Notes under the pieces: generated by a model | The model's database searches: none | Seen by the model: only the letters and a program-made list of their open reading frames with translations | What the model was told of the DNA's origin: nothing | Shown: in pieces, positions 45,588 through 55,951 of the stretch | Numbering within the stretch: the first letter of the stretch is position 1 | How the letters are laid out: every line of letters starts with the position of its first letter | NCBI GenBank assembly: GCA_964472725.1 | Contig: CAYYLZ010000001.1 | Location: 3,336-67,335 of the forward strand | Direction of reading: 5' to 3' | Length of the DNA stretch: 64,000 nucleotides | Source of the DNA: an uncultured Oscillospiraceae bacterium | Lineage (GTDB): Bacteria; Bacillota; Clostridia; Oscillospirales; Oscillospiraceae | Translations under genes and position numbers: made by a program

Positions 45588-46340
45588 TCAGCCCAGGAGA
45601 ACGTCCGTTGCCAGCATTACGCAGAAGCCGGCGAGGAGGGCGTAGGTAGCGCCCCGCTGGCTGCCGTGGGCGTGGGTCTCGGGTATCATTTCATCGCTTA
45701 TTACGTAGAGCATGGTTCCGCCCGCAAAGGCAAGGGCGAAGGGGAGTATGGCCGAGGCGAGGCTGACGGCAAAGTAGCCGATGAGGGTGCCGACTACCTC
45801 CACAACGCCGGTGAGCATGGCACATACAAAGGTCTTGCGGGTGGATACGCCTGCAGCCAGCATGGGGGCGATAATGACCATGCCCTCGGGAATGTTCTGC
45901 AGGGCGATGCCGCCCGCGATAAGGAGCGCCTGCGATGTGTTGCCGGAGCCGAAGCCAACGCCGGCGGCGATGCCCTCGGGCAGATTGTGTATGGCAATGG
46001 CGGTAACGAAAAGGAGCACCTTGCTGAGGCTGGCATTGTGGTGCTCTTCAATGTCCGCACCCACAAGGCGATGGAGGTGAGGCACCAGCTTGTCGATAAG
46101 ATTAAGGCACACAGCACCGACGAATATGCCCGCTATGGTGATGAGAAGTCCCCACTTGCCGCCGTATTCCACCGAGGGCAGGATAAGACCCAGCACCGCT
46201 GCCGAGAGCATTACTCCCGCGGCAAAGGAGAGGACGATGTCGGAAAATTTATGAGAGAGCTTTTTGAAAACAAAACCCAACAGCGCGCCGATAACGGTAG
46301 CGCCGCCTACGCCGATGGCGGTGAGCAGAACAAGCTTCAT
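45588..46340 (-). CDS. ZIP-family divalent metal transporter (ZupT-like)
   Basis: HNLPEGIAAGVGF and LQNIPEGM motifs. Start at the ATG after GGAGG. Confidence 0.8.
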   Translation of the reverse strand: MKLVLLTAIGVGGATVIGALLGFVFKKLSHKFSDIVLSFAAGVMLSAAVLGLILPSVEYGGKWGLLITIAGIFVGAVCLNLIDKLVPHLHRLVGADIEEHHNASLSKVLLFVTAIAIHNLPEGIAAGVGFGSGNTSQALLIAGGIALQNIPEGMVIIAPMLAAGVSTRKTFVCAMLTGVVEVVGTLIGYFAVSLASAILPFALAFAGGTMLYVISDEMIPETHAHGSQRGATYALLAGFCVMLATDVLLG

Positions 46341-46524
46341 GGAAAATACCTCCATAATGAAGATGAGTAATTATACCACGAACCGGACGGTGGTGTAAAT
46401 GACAATAGGCGGCAGGGGAGATAAATCATTTGTATAAGCTCAGACGCAATTGATGATTGTAATTTGCCGAGGGTGTGATACAATAGTTTTAATAAAATTT
46501 TCATATATACAAGGAGAAACGCTG

Positions 46525-48333
46525 ATGGGAAGATATCGTAATTTCAAAATGGCTATTTACTGCACCGCGCAGAATATGAACGGCCTTACGGAAGAAGCGC
46601 TGGCAAGACAGTTCGCCTTTTTCGAGAAATACTGCGGCTGCGACAAGGTGTATATCGAGCCTTACCGTGACGGTCTTATGCTCCCCGAAGAGCAGCTGGA
46701 TATGCTTAAACGCTTTTTCACGGAAAAGGGCGTTGAAATTTCCGGCGCGCTTACCACCACCTGCCCCGACCTCTGCGAGGCTGACGCCGAAAAACAGCGC
46801 TTCGGCGGTACATACTGCTATACAAATAAGGCCATGCGGGAGTATCTGGTAAAGACCGTGGCCTATACCGCCCGCCATTTCGACGAGTTCATCATCGACG
46901 ACTGGTTCTTCACCTACTGCACCTGCGACGAATGCCGCGAGGCGAAGGGCGACAAGAGCTGGGAGGATTTCCGCACCGAGCAGCTTGCGGGGGTCAGCGA
47001 GGAGCTGATAATGAAGACCGCCAAGGCCGCAAATCCCAACTGCAAGGTAATTATAAAATACCCCAACTGGTCGGAGGCATATCAGGAGTCCGGCTATGAC
47101 CCTGCCAGCCAGCGCTATATTTTTGACGGCATCTATTCCGGCACCGAGACCCGCAATACCCGCCGCAGCGACCAGCATTTGCCCAAGTACAACAGCTACA
47201 GCATTATGCGCCTTATGGAGAATTACTCCCCCGGACGCAACGGCGGCGGCTGGTTCGACCCCTACGGCTGCAGCCCCATGGAGCTGTATCTGGAGCAGGC
47301 ATATCTCACCGCTCTCAGCCGTGGCCGTGAGCTTTGCGCCTTCTGCTGGTCGTCCCTTTACCGCAACCGTGTAATTACTCCTCTCGGACTTGAGCTGGAG
47401 AAGATAGACGCAATGCTGGACAAGATGGGCGGCTGCATCGGCGTGCCCTGCTACCTGCCTCCCAAGAGCCAGGGTGAGGATCACCTTGAAGATGTTCTCG
47501 GCATGCACGGTATTCCCGTGGAACCTACTCCCGATTTTCCCAAGGACGCGCCCGTAATGCTGCTCACCGTCCGCGCTTTGAAGGACCCCGATGTTGTCAC
47601 CAAGCTGCGTGACTACGTGGCAGGCGGCGGCAAGGCCATCGTGACCTCCGGCTTCGTGCAGGGAACGCTGGGCAAGGGCATCGAGGAAATAACCTCCATT
47701 CGTTATCGTGGCAGAAAGTTCACCACCAACGAATTTATCGAGGACGGCATGATGAGCCCCGGCAGCGTGTTCTCCCGTGAAGCAATGACCTTCCCGCTGC
47801 TTGAGCATAGAAACAACACCACATGGGCGCTGGCAAAGGCCGTCTGCGCCGACGAAAATTATCCCCTGCTGCTCCGCGACTGCTACGGCAAGGGACAGAT
47901 GATAACCCTCGTTGTGCCCGACGAGTACGGCCGTATGTACGACCTGCCCGCCGATATTCTGCGAGTTATCCGCAGCCAGTTCACCGATGCTGTGCCCTAT
48001 TATCTGGACAGCCCCGGCTCCATCTCCCTCTTTGCCTATGAGGGCGACGCATTCTGCCTTTATCCCTACGTCACCGGCTATAATACCGGCAGAAACCGCG
48101 TAGTTACCGTGGGCGCGGCGGTGGGTCTTGAGAATCTGCAGACCGGCATGGTATTCCCGCCCGAGAGCCGCGGCATCGGCCGCGACGGCACACCCTCCAC
48201 TGTTTTCAATATCCCCATGCTCCAGCAGGGCGACCTGCAGTTCTTCCGCGTCAAGTGGGCAGAAAACCGCTGGGGCGAGAAGATAAAGGTGGGCTTCTCC
48301 TCCGCACCCAATGATATATTCCCCGAGTTTTAA
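46525..48333 (+). CDS. hypothetical protein (possibly a carbohydrate-active enzyme; not recognised)
   Basis: ATG after AAGGAGA. Lies in a glycoside-hydrolase neighbourhood. The 877-aa antisense ORF 46501..49134 is rejected. Confidence 0.5.
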   Translation: MGRYRNFKMAIYCTAQNMNGLTEEALARQFAFFEKYCGCDKVYIEPYRDGLMLPEEQLDMLKRFFTEKGVEISGALTTTCPDLCEADAEKQRFGGTYCYTNKAMREYLVKTVAYTARHFDEFIIDDWFFTYCTCDECREAKGDKSWEDFRTEQLAGVSEELIMKTAKAANPNCKVIIKYPNWSEAYQESGYDPASQRYIFDGIYSGTETRNTRRSDQHLPKYNSYSIMRLMENYSPGRNGGGWFDPYGCSPMELYLEQAYLTALSRGRELCAFCWSSLYRNRVITPLGLELEKIDAMLDKMGGCIGVPCYLPPKSQGEDHLEDVLGMHGIPVEPTPDFPKDAPVMLLTVRALKDPDVVTKLRDYVAGGGKAIVTSGFVQGTLGKGIEEITSIRYRGRKFTTNEFIEDGMMSPGSVFSREAMTFPLLEHRNNTTWALAKAVCADENYPLLLRDCYGKGQMITLVVPDEYGRMYDLPADILRVIRSQFTDAVPYYLDSPGSISLFAYEGDAFCLYPYVTGYNTGRNRVVTVGAAVGLENLQTGMVFPPESRGIGRDGTPSTVFNIPMLQQGDLQFFRVKWAENRWGEKIKVGFSSAPNDIFPEF

Positions 48334-48354
48334 TAGCCGAAAGGAGTTTTCAAC

Positions 48355-49329
48355 ATGATCAAGAATTTTGCAGGTAAAACAGCTTTTATCACCGGCAGCG
48401 CCAGCGGCATCGGTATGGGTATCGCCCACGCCTGCGCCAAGCACGGCATGAAGGTCTGCATCGTGGACAAGCGTGAGGACGCTCTGGAAGAGGCCCTCAA
48501 GTGGTACAAGGAAAGAGGCTACGAGGCTTCCGCCATCGCCCTTGACGTAACCGACCGCGGGGCTTATGTGAAGGCCGTTGAAAAGGCTGAGGAGCTTTAC
48601 GGCAATATCCACCTGCTGGTCAATAACGCGGGCGTTTCCGCCGGCAGCACCGTGTGGGATTCCAGCTGGAACGACTGGGATTTCATCATGGGCATCAACT
48701 GCATGGGCGTTGTAAACGGCATCAAGATAATCGTTCCCCGTATGCTTAAGCACGGCGAGGAGGCTCACGTTGTTTCCACTTCCTCTACCGGCGGCGTATT
48801 CGCCGTTGCCGGCTGCCCCCTGTATAACTCCACCAAGTTCTTCGTATCCGGTCTTATGGAGACCGTAGCCGCTGACCTGGAGGGAACCAACGTAGGTGCT
48901 TCCGTTCTTTATCCCGGCCCCACCAACAGCCAGCTGGGCTTCAGCTCTCAGGCGGTTCGTCCCGATGCACTCAAGGACGCCAACGCTCCCGTTTTCGCGC
49001 CTCCTTCCGAGGACGGCGAGGCTCCCGCAATGCCCGCAATGCCCGATTTCAGCCAGATATTTATGTCTCCCGAGGAACTGGGCGAGCGTGTCATCATGGG
49101 TATCGAGCGCAACGATATCTTCATCTGGACTCACCCCGAGTTCAAGGCAGGCACCCAGCTGCGTAATGACGCGCAGGTTCGTGCCATTCCCGATGAGCCT
49201 CTTACCGAAAAACGCAAGGAGCGCGCCGAGGCTCTCAAGTTCTTCGGATCCCTTACCTATAATCCCATGTACGAAAAGCAGACCACTCCTCCCGGCCTTA
49301 GTGAGGATTGGGACAGAAGCAAGGAATAA
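48355..49329 (+). CDS. short-chain dehydrogenase/reductase (SDR) family oxidoreductase
   Basis: TGSASGIGMG cofactor motif, NNAG, and YNSTK (YxxxK) catalytic motif. Confidence 0.8.
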   Translation: MIKNFAGKTAFITGSASGIGMGIAHACAKHGMKVCIVDKREDALEEALKWYKERGYEASAIALDVTDRGAYVKAVEKAEELYGNIHLLVNNAGVSAGSTVWDSSWNDWDFIMGINCMGVVNGIKIIVPRMLKHGEEAHVVSTSSTGGVFAVAGCPLYNSTKFFVSGLMETVAADLEGTNVGASVLYPGPTNSQLGFSSQAVRPDALKDANAPVFAPPSEDGEAPAMPAMPDFSQIFMSPEELGERVIMGIERNDIFIWTHPEFKAGTQLRNDAQVRAIPDEPLTEKRKERAEALKFFGSLTYNPMYEKQTTPPGLSEDWDRSKE

Positions 49330-49377
49330 TGATAAAAAGGCAGGGAGCTTTTCCCTGCCTTTCTTTCGGGTGATATT

Positions 49378-50781
49378 ATGAAAACAGGAAAGAATTTGCC
49401 CGCGTGGTGCGGCGAACTGCGGGAGCGGCTGGATGCAATGGCGGCAGAACTGACAAGTGCGCTTACCGGCTGGCAGGAGCGGGAGGGAGTAGTCACTCCC
49501 GAGGAGATGGGCTATAGTTCCGGCAAGGCGACGGAGTATATTCAGTTGGCCATCGACCGTGCCGCCGAAAAGGGCGGAACGGTGCTGCTGACAAGCGAGT
49601 ACGTAACAGGCTCGCTGGTGCTCAGAAGCAATGTGCGCCTTATGTTAGCCGAGGGAGCGAAGCTTATCGCAAGCACCGACCTTGCCGATTATCCCGAGCA
49701 TAAGGCAAAGCGTTTTACCGTTCAGGACGCCCACATGGGTATGGATCAGGCGATTGTCTTCGCCGAGGGCTGTGAGAATATCTGTCTTTGCGGCGGCGAA
49801 ATAGACGGTCGCGGCACGCAGGATAACTTCCCCGGTGAGGAAACCGTCCACGGTACTCCCGGCAGACCCTTTCTTATTCGCATGGTGGACTGCGTGGGCG
49901 TGCATATCAATGACATTACTCTCCGTGACGCGGCCTGCTGGATGCAGAATTATTTCAACTGCGAAAGACTGCTCATGGAGAACGTTACCGTGCGCAATCA
50001 GGCCAACTACAATAACGACGGCATTGATATCGACGGCTGCCGTGATGTGATAGTCCGCCGCTGCGACGTTATATCCGGAGATGACGCGCTGTGCTTCAAG
50101 GGCGCTTCGGAGAAAAACACAGAGCGGGTGCTGGTGGAGGATTGCAGCCTTTACAGCTCCTGCAACGCCATCAAGGTGGGTACAGATACCCAGGGCAGCT
50201 TCCGTAATGTTCTTATCCGCCGCTGCAATATCGGCGGCGTTGCCGAGGACGCGCGGGGCATCAAGCACCCTAATTCAGATTCCGGCATTTCCCTTGAAAT
50301 GGTGGACGGCGGCACACTGGAGGATTTCCGCATTACGGACGTGAAGATAACCCGCGCGTGGTCGCCGATTTTCATGCGCCTTGAGGACAGAGGACGGGTC
50401 AAACCCGGCGACCCCAAACCCGGTGTCGGCACTCTGCGGCGGGTGCTTATTGAGAATGTCAGCGGCGGAGATAACGGACCCCGTGGTTCCTATATGCTGG
50501 GCGTGCCCGAAAAAGCCATAGAGGACGTGGTGATAAGCCGCTTTGAAATTGAACAGCTTGTGAGCGTAAAGCCCCTTGCCGCTGATTCGGATTTCGACGA
50601 GATGCGGGGCGTTTACCCTGATGCGCACATGATAGACGATAAGGGTGACGCACCGGCTTATGCCCTTTGGGTGCGGCACGTGAAAGGGCTGCACCTTGCC
50701 GATTACCGCGTGATACCGGCTGAGGACGAAAAACGTCCCCAATTTGTCATGAATAATGATGTTGAAGTGATAGTACAGTGA
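49378..50781 (+). CDS. right-handed beta-helix glycoside hydrolase, GH28-like
   Basis: NNDGIDIDGC and SGDDALCFKG resemble the GH28 NTDG/DD motifs. The G-H-G block is not canonical. Confidence 0.65.
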   Translation: MKTGKNLPAWCGELRERLDAMAAELTSALTGWQEREGVVTPEEMGYSSGKATEYIQLAIDRAAEKGGTVLLTSEYVTGSLVLRSNVRLMLAEGAKLIASTDLADYPEHKAKRFTVQDAHMGMDQAIVFAEGCENICLCGGEIDGRGTQDNFPGEETVHGTPGRPFLIRMVDCVGVHINDITLRDAACWMQNYFNCERLLMENVTVRNQANYNNDGIDIDGCRDVIVRRCDVISGDDALCFKGASEKNTERVLVEDCSLYSSCNAIKVGTDTQGSFRNVLIRRCNIGGVAEDARGIKHPNSDSGISLEMVDGGTLEDFRITDVKITRAWSPIFMRLEDRGRVKPGDPKPGVGTLRRVLIENVSGGDNGPRGSYMLGVPEKAIEDVVISRFEIEQLVSVKPLAADSDFDEMRGVYPDAHMIDDKGDAPAYALWVRHVKGLHLADYRVIPAEDEKRPQFVMNNDVEVIVQ

Positions 50782-50818
50782 AAAATACCCCTTGACCAAG
50801 TCGGTCAAGGGGTATCTG

Positions 50819-51691
50819 TTACACTTGCGTAAGATTTCCGCCAATGTCCTCAATTCGGTGGAAAATGGGGCGTTCCAAAAGGTGCTCGTTGGGGCTGTGG
50901 AGAGTCAGCCAAAGCTTGCCGTTAAAATCGCGGAACACCATGCCGTGACCGCCGTCGTCCATGAAAAGGGGTTCAAGCTGAGTGAACTTGCCCGTAATAT
51001 CGCCGTTGTCCGACATCGCCACGCCCTCAGTGTAGCCACCCTCGGAGAAGCTTGCCCAAAGGCAGAGCAGGGTGCCGTCTGTAGTGCGCCACATGAACGG
51101 CCCGTCGGTGACGCAGCCGCTTATGCCGCTGGAATGGTGCATGGTTTTGCACCACGCTGCCTCGGAAGCCCGGAAAAGCAGGAAAGGTTCGCCTGCAGGC
51201 GCTTTCAGGTCAGCAGTCAGCTCCACGGCGCATATTTCGCCGTCGCCTGCCTGCACCCATTCGTGGCAGAAGACCATATAGGGTCTGCCCTCGGGAGAAA
51301 CGTAGAACGTGCCGTCAAGGCACTCCCATTCGGCGGGGGTTATGCAGCCCTCGGAGTGGGGCGCAAAGGGGCCGAGAGGGGAGTCTGCGCGGAGTATTGC
51401 CGTACCGCGGCGGACACTGTCGTTTTTGAAGCTGGCGAACATATAGAAGCTGCCTTTGTGGGCGTAGACCTCGGGCGCCCAGTAGTTACGTGTTGCCCAG
51501 AAGCTGCCGTCATTGTGGAAGCAGACATGAGGCTCGCTCCAGTTTTCCATGTCCTCGCTTACGTATACGTCAAAGCCGTCGGCAGGCCCCCAGCAGGTAG
51601 GGCCGCGGGTGCCGTAGAGATAATATTTGCCACTGTGCGTAAGCACAAAGGGGTCGCGGATATTTATGTCGGTAAGCTTCAAAGTAATCAC
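50819..51691 (-). CDS. glycoside hydrolase family 43 protein
   Basis: NIRDPFVL..GKYYLYGT, YWAPEV and five-bladed-propeller-type repeats. Confidence 0.75.
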   Translation of the reverse strand: MITLKLTDINIRDPFVLTHSGKYYLYGTRGPTCWGPADGFDVYVSEDMENWSEPHVCFHNDGSFWATRNYWAPEVYAHKGSFYMFASFKNDSVRRGTAILRADSPLGPFAPHSEGCITPAEWECLDGTFYVSPEGRPYMVFCHEWVQAGDGEICAVELTADLKAPAGEPFLLFRASEAAWCKTMHHSSGISGCVTDGPFMWRTTDGTLLCLWASFSEGGYTEGVAMSDNGDITGKFTQLEPLFMDDGGHGMVFRDFNGKLWLTLHSPNEHLLERPIFHRIEDIGGNLTQV

Positions 51692-51771
51692 CTCTGATGT
51701 GATTTTATCACGGATAAAGGTATTTGCAAAGTACCGTATTTGGCATATAATAGAGGAAAAGGAGTGATACC

Positions 51772-53211
51772 ATGCTGCCCGAAACCCGTGTAAGCTTCAA
51801 AACCGATGATGCAGCCCTGCAGCGGCTTTATGACACCGCATGCGAAAAGAGCCTTGATAATCTGCGCCTTTTTGGGGACAGGCAGGTACTGGTGGAGGGC
51901 GGCGGCTATGAAAAGATATGGCTGGAAACTCAGCCCATGGGCGGCGAGATGTACGCCAAGCGGAATATGACTGCCGCACTGAATAATCAGCTCTTCTTCA
52001 TGGAAACTCAGCGGGAGGACGGACGCATAGCCGGCTCTATCCAGTGCATGCCCGACGGCAGCATCGAGCCGCAGTTCAATAAATTTCAGGGCTTCTGCTT
52101 TCCGTGGCACGCACTGAATATGTATTACTGGCTGGGGGAGGACAAGGAGTATCTTGACCGGCTTGCCAAAAGCCTTGAGAAGTTCGACGAATACCTGTGG
52201 CGCACCCGTGACTCCGACGGCGATGGCTGCCTTGAGTCCTTCTGCGTCTACGATACCGGCGAGGACAACGCCCTGCGCTACGGCGACTCGCCCGTTTACT
52301 GCACCACCGATACCCCGCCCGGGGGGAGCAGCGTAGTGCCAATGGCCTCCATGGATATAATGTCCTTTTCCTACGCCGCCCGGGATACCCTTGCGGCAAT
52401 AAGCAGCATTCGGGCAGACGGCAGGGAAGAAGAGTGGCGCAGGGCGGCGGACGATGTGGCCGCGGCGCTGAAAAAGCATCTTTGGATAGATGAAAAGGAC
52501 GCCTGCTTCGATAAGGATAAGTTCGGAAATGTGATGCCCACGCTGGTTCATAATAATCTGCGCTGTATGTACTGGGGCTCGTTTTCTAAAGAAATGGCAG
52601 ACCACTTCGTGAGGGAGCATTTGCTCAATGAAGAAGAATTCTGGACGAGCTTGCCCCTGCCATCTGTGGCGGCAAATGACCCGCTGTTCCGCAATGCCCT
52701 GGAAAATAACTGGAGCGGGCAGGTGGAGGGTCTTACATATCAGCGGGCTATCCTCGCCCTTGAACGCTACGGCTATGAACCCATAGTCACGAAGCTTGGG
52801 CATAAGCTTTTTGATGCTGTTATCAATGGCGGCTATGTGTTCACACAGCAGTTTGATCCATTCACCGCCGCACCAAGCCGTGTTGGCATGATAAGCCATG
52901 AGCCGCTGCTGCCGGACTCCGACGAGCCTTTTCAGGACTCCTACGGCCCTACCGTCCTTGCGGTGCTGGAGTATATGGCTCATATTTGGGGCGTCCACAT
53001 GAATATGGGGCAGCTTTGGTTCAGCCTTGGAAGCGGAATGAAATATACCTACGGGCAGCAGTGGGGCGAGCACGTGTACCGCATCGAAAGCGACGGCGAA
53101 ACCGCACGCGTATTCTTCGATGATGTTGAAAAATTCCGCCACCCCTGCGGCGTAAGACTTATAACGGATTTGCAGGGCGAATTGATAGAGGTTCGGCCAA
53201 TCGAAGAATGA
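51772..53211 (+). CDS. hypothetical protein, possibly a six-hairpin (alpha/alpha)6 glycosidase
   Basis: 479-aa ORF in a carbohydrate cluster. The family assignment is only an impression. Confidence 0.45.
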   Translation: MLPETRVSFKTDDAALQRLYDTACEKSLDNLRLFGDRQVLVEGGGYEKIWLETQPMGGEMYAKRNMTAALNNQLFFMETQREDGRIAGSIQCMPDGSIEPQFNKFQGFCFPWHALNMYYWLGEDKEYLDRLAKSLEKFDEYLWRTRDSDGDGCLESFCVYDTGEDNALRYGDSPVYCTTDTPPGGSSVVPMASMDIMSFSYAARDTLAAISSIRADGREEEWRRAADDVAAALKKHLWIDEKDACFDKDKFGNVMPTLVHNNLRCMYWGSFSKEMADHFVREHLLNEEEFWTSLPLPSVAANDPLFRNALENNWSGQVEGLTYQRAILALERYGYEPIVTKLGHKLFDAVINGGYVFTQQFDPFTAAPSRVGMISHEPLLPDSDEPFQDSYGPTVLAVLEYMAHIWGVHMNMGQLWFSLGSGMKYTYGQQWGEHVYRIESDGETARVFFDDVEKFRHPCGVRLITDLQGELIEVRPIEE

Positions 53212-53399
53212 AGTGAGCTACAAAATAAAAGGTTAAGCTTCTCCTATGAGGAGAAGCTGGCATAGCGTAGCCATGACTGATGAGGTGGACAAAAAAGTCA
53301 GTACGTCAGTGAATTTAGCGATAGTTACCACCTCATCCACCGCTTACTCGGTCCCCCTTCTCCTCAAGGAGAAGGTTAATCTATTGTTTGTTGACAAAG

Positions 53400-53438
53400 C
53401 AAAAAAACAACAGCCCTGCTCCGCCGGGAGTAGGGCTG
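53400..53438 (-). terminator. terminator of the aldose epimerase gene
   Basis: cagccct / agggctg hairpin followed, on the minus strand, by tgttttttt. Confidence 0.75.
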
Positions 53439-53446
53439 TATCTGTA

Positions 53447-54478
53447 TCATCTTACCTCAAACTTGTAAGAGGTCTTGCTGTAAAATTTCTCGCCTGCGCG
53501 GAGAACGGCGCTGGGGAAATTGTCATGGTTAGGTGCGTCGGGGAAGGTCTGGGTTTCAAGGCAGAAGCCGCTGCGCTTCACATATTCCGCGCCGTCCTTG
53601 CCGATGATGCCCATACCGAGACCGTTGCCGGTATAGAACTGCACGGCGGGGCGGTCGGTATACATAGTCATGGCGATGCCGCTTTCGGGAGAGTAAGCTG
53701 CCGCACCAATGCGGAACTGACCGGGAGTGCCGTCAAGCGCGAAGTTGTGGTCATAGCCGCCGGGGCCGTTCAAGGCAGGAAAATCCTCGTCAATGCGCGC
53801 GCCGATGGGGGTGGGCTGGCGCAGATCCATGGGAGTGCACTCAACGGGAGCAATTTCGCCGGTGGGGATAAGAGCCGCGTCGGTGGGCGTGTAGTGGGAG
53901 GCGAAAAGCTGTATCACCTGCTTTTCCACGCTGCCGCTTTCCTGTCCGGAAAGATTGAAATAAGCGTGGTTGGTGGGATTGCAGAGAGTGTCCGTATCGC
54001 TTATGCCTGCGTATTCGATAACCAGCGCCGCGTTTCGGAGAGTATAAGTCACCTGCATATCCAGCGTGCCGGGGAAACCGCCGGTTCCGTCGGGGCTGGT
54101 GAGCTTCAGCGTTACGCTGTTCGTGCTTTCGGAAACGACCTCCCAGACCTGACAATCGAAGCCGTCGGGACCGGAATGGAGCTGATTTGCGCCATCGTTG
54201 GCGGGCAGCTCATAGCGCTTGCCGTTCAGCTCAAAGCTGCTGCCGCCGATGCGGTTGGCGAAGCGTCCCACGATAGCACCGAAAAAGGTGCGGAAAGGAA
54301 AATACTTCTCCGCCGTGTCAAAGCCGAGAACTACGTCACGCAGCTTGCCGTCGCGGTCGGGAACGAGGAGTGTGCGGAGTATGCCGCCGTAGGTGAGTAT
54401 CTCGCAGCTGAGGTGACCGTCGGTAAGGGTGATGGCATGAACGGCGCTGCCGTCGGGAAGATAACCGCAAAGTTTCAT
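53447..54478 (-). CDS. aldose 1-epimerase (galactose mutarotase family)
   Basis: GGILRTLLVPDRDG, NRIGGSSFELNGKRYELPANDG.NQLHSG and PTNHAYFNL motifs. Start at the ATG after AGGAGG. Confidence 0.8.
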   Translation of the reverse strand: MKLCGYLPDGSAVHAITLTDGHLSCEILTYGGILRTLLVPDRDGKLRDVVLGFDTAEKYFPFRTFFGAIVGRFANRIGGSSFELNGKRYELPANDGANQLHSGPDGFDCQVWEVVSESTNSVTLKLTSPDGTGGFPGTLDMQVTYTLRNAALVIEYAGISDTDTLCNPTNHAYFNLSGQESGSVEKQVIQLFASHYTPTDAALIPTGEIAPVECTPMDLRQPTPIGARIDEDFPALNGPGGYDHNFALDGTPGQFRIGAAAYSPESGIAMTMYTDRPAVQFYTGNGLGMGIIGKDGAEYVKRSGFCLETQTFPDAPNHDNFPSAVLRAGEKFYSKTSYKFEVR

Positions 54479-54624
54479 AACTGCCTCCTGTAAATTGTTT
54501 TTCATAAGTATATCACATAAAAAATGTTCTGAAAAGACTATATAAACTGCTTATGACCTTGCCATTAAAAGGGAGGGTTTGATATAATGATTGCATAAAT
54601 CATAAAAAAAGGGGAGACCGAACC

Positions 54625-55941
54625 ATGAAAGAATTCTTCACATCTATTCCTTATGTAAAATATGAGGGCAAGGATACCACCAATCCCATGGCCTTCCGCT
54701 ACTATAATCCCGATGAGGTTATCGCAGACAAGCCCATGCGTGAGCACCTGAAGTTTGCCATGGCTTATTGGCACAATATGTGCGCCGAGGGCACCGATAT
54801 GTTCGGCGTAGGCACCGTTGATAAGAGCTACGGCACCGACGACCCCATGGAGCAGGCAAAGAATAAGGCGCTGGCTGCATTTGAGTTCATGGATAAGCTG
54901 TCCATCGACTATTTCTGCTTCCACGACCGTGATATTGCTCCCGAGGGCGCGACCCTTGCCGAGTCCAATGCCCGCCTTGACGAAATTACCGATTTCATCA
55001 AGGAACTGATGGAAAAGTACAATAAGAAGCTGCTTTGGGGTACCGCCAACTGCTTCAATAATCCCCGCTATATGCACGGCGCAGGCACCGCTCCCAACGC
55101 CGACGTATTCGCATTTGCCGCCGCGCAGATAAAGAAGGCCATTGAAATTACCGTCAAGCTGGGTGGCAAGGGCTACGTTTACTGGGGCGGACGCGAGGGA
55201 TATGAAACTCTGCTCAATACCGATATGGGTAAGGAACTGGACAACATGGCATACCTGCTGAAGCTCACCAGCGAGTACGGACGCTCCATCGGCTTCGACG
55301 GCGATTACTACATCGAGCCCAAGCCCAAGGAGCCCACCAAGCACCAGTATGACTTCGACGCAGCTACCGTATGCGGCTTCCTTGCCAAGTACGGCCTGGA
55401 CAAGGATTTCAAGCTCAATATCGAAGCCAACCACGCCACCCTCGCCGGTCACACCTTCCAGCATGAGCTGAACGTGGCTCGCGTAAACGGCGCATTCGGC
55501 TCCATTGACGCAAATCAGGGCGATATGCTCCTGGGCTGGGATACCGACCAGTTCCCCACCAATATTTACGATACTATTCTCTGCATGCTGGAAGTCCTCA
55601 AGGCAGGCGGTTTCACCAACGGCGGTCTGAACTTCGACGCAAAGACCCGCCGCGGCTCCTACGATTACGAGGATATGGCATACGCATACATTGCCGGTAT
55701 GGACGCTTTCGCCCTCGGTCTGCGCCTTGCGGTGAAGATCATGGAGGACGGCCGTCTTGACCAGTTCGTTAAGGAACGCTACTCCAGCTACGACAGCGGC
55801 ATCGGCAAGAAGATAAGCGAGCGCTGCGCCACCATTGAGGAGCTGGAGCAGTATGCGCTGGAGATGGGCGAGGTCAAGACCAATATCTCCGGCAGACAGG
55901 AGTATCTGGAGAACATTCTCAACCGTATCATCTTCGCATAA
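54625..55941 (+). CDS. xylA: xylose isomerase
   Basis: 438 aa. [40 protein letters not shown] and WDTDQFP are classic XylA blocks. Confidence 0.9.
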   Translation: MKEFFTSIPYVKYEGKDTTNPMAFRYYNPDEVIADKPMREHLKFAMAYWHNMCAEGTDMFGVGTVDKSYGTDDPMEQAKNKALAAFEFMDKLSIDYFCFHDRDIAPEGATLAESNARLDEITDFIKELMEKYNKKLLWGTANCFNNPRYMHGAGTAPNADVFAFAAAQIKKAIEITVKLGGKGYVYWGGREGYETLLNTDMGKELDNMAYLLKLTSEYGRSIGFDGDYYIEPKPKEPTKHQYDFDAATVCGFLAKYGLDKDFKLNIEANHATLAGHTFQHELNVARVNGAFGSIDANQGDMLLGWDTDQFPTNIYDTILCMLEVLKAGGFTNGGLNFDAKTRRGSYDYEDMAYAYIAGMDAFALGLRLAVKIMEDGRLDQFVKERYSSYDSGIGKKISERCATIEELEQYALEMGEVKTNISGRQEYLENILNRIIFA

Positions 55942-55951
55942 GGTGAGCCTT

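Noticed and set aside
46501-49134. 877-aa minus-strand ORF spanning two plus-strand genes
   Set aside because: The composition is Ala/Gly/Val/His-rich low complexity, typical of the antisense frame in high-GC coding DNA. The plus strand carries genes with RBSs and an SDR motif set.
53246-53400. Cluster of inverted repeats between two convergent genes (for example gatgaggtgg...ccacctcatc, agcttctcc/ggagaagct, ccttctcc/ggagaagg)
   Set aside because: They are probably stacked terminators for the convergent genes. I could not see conservation or a second copy that would support an sRNA call.
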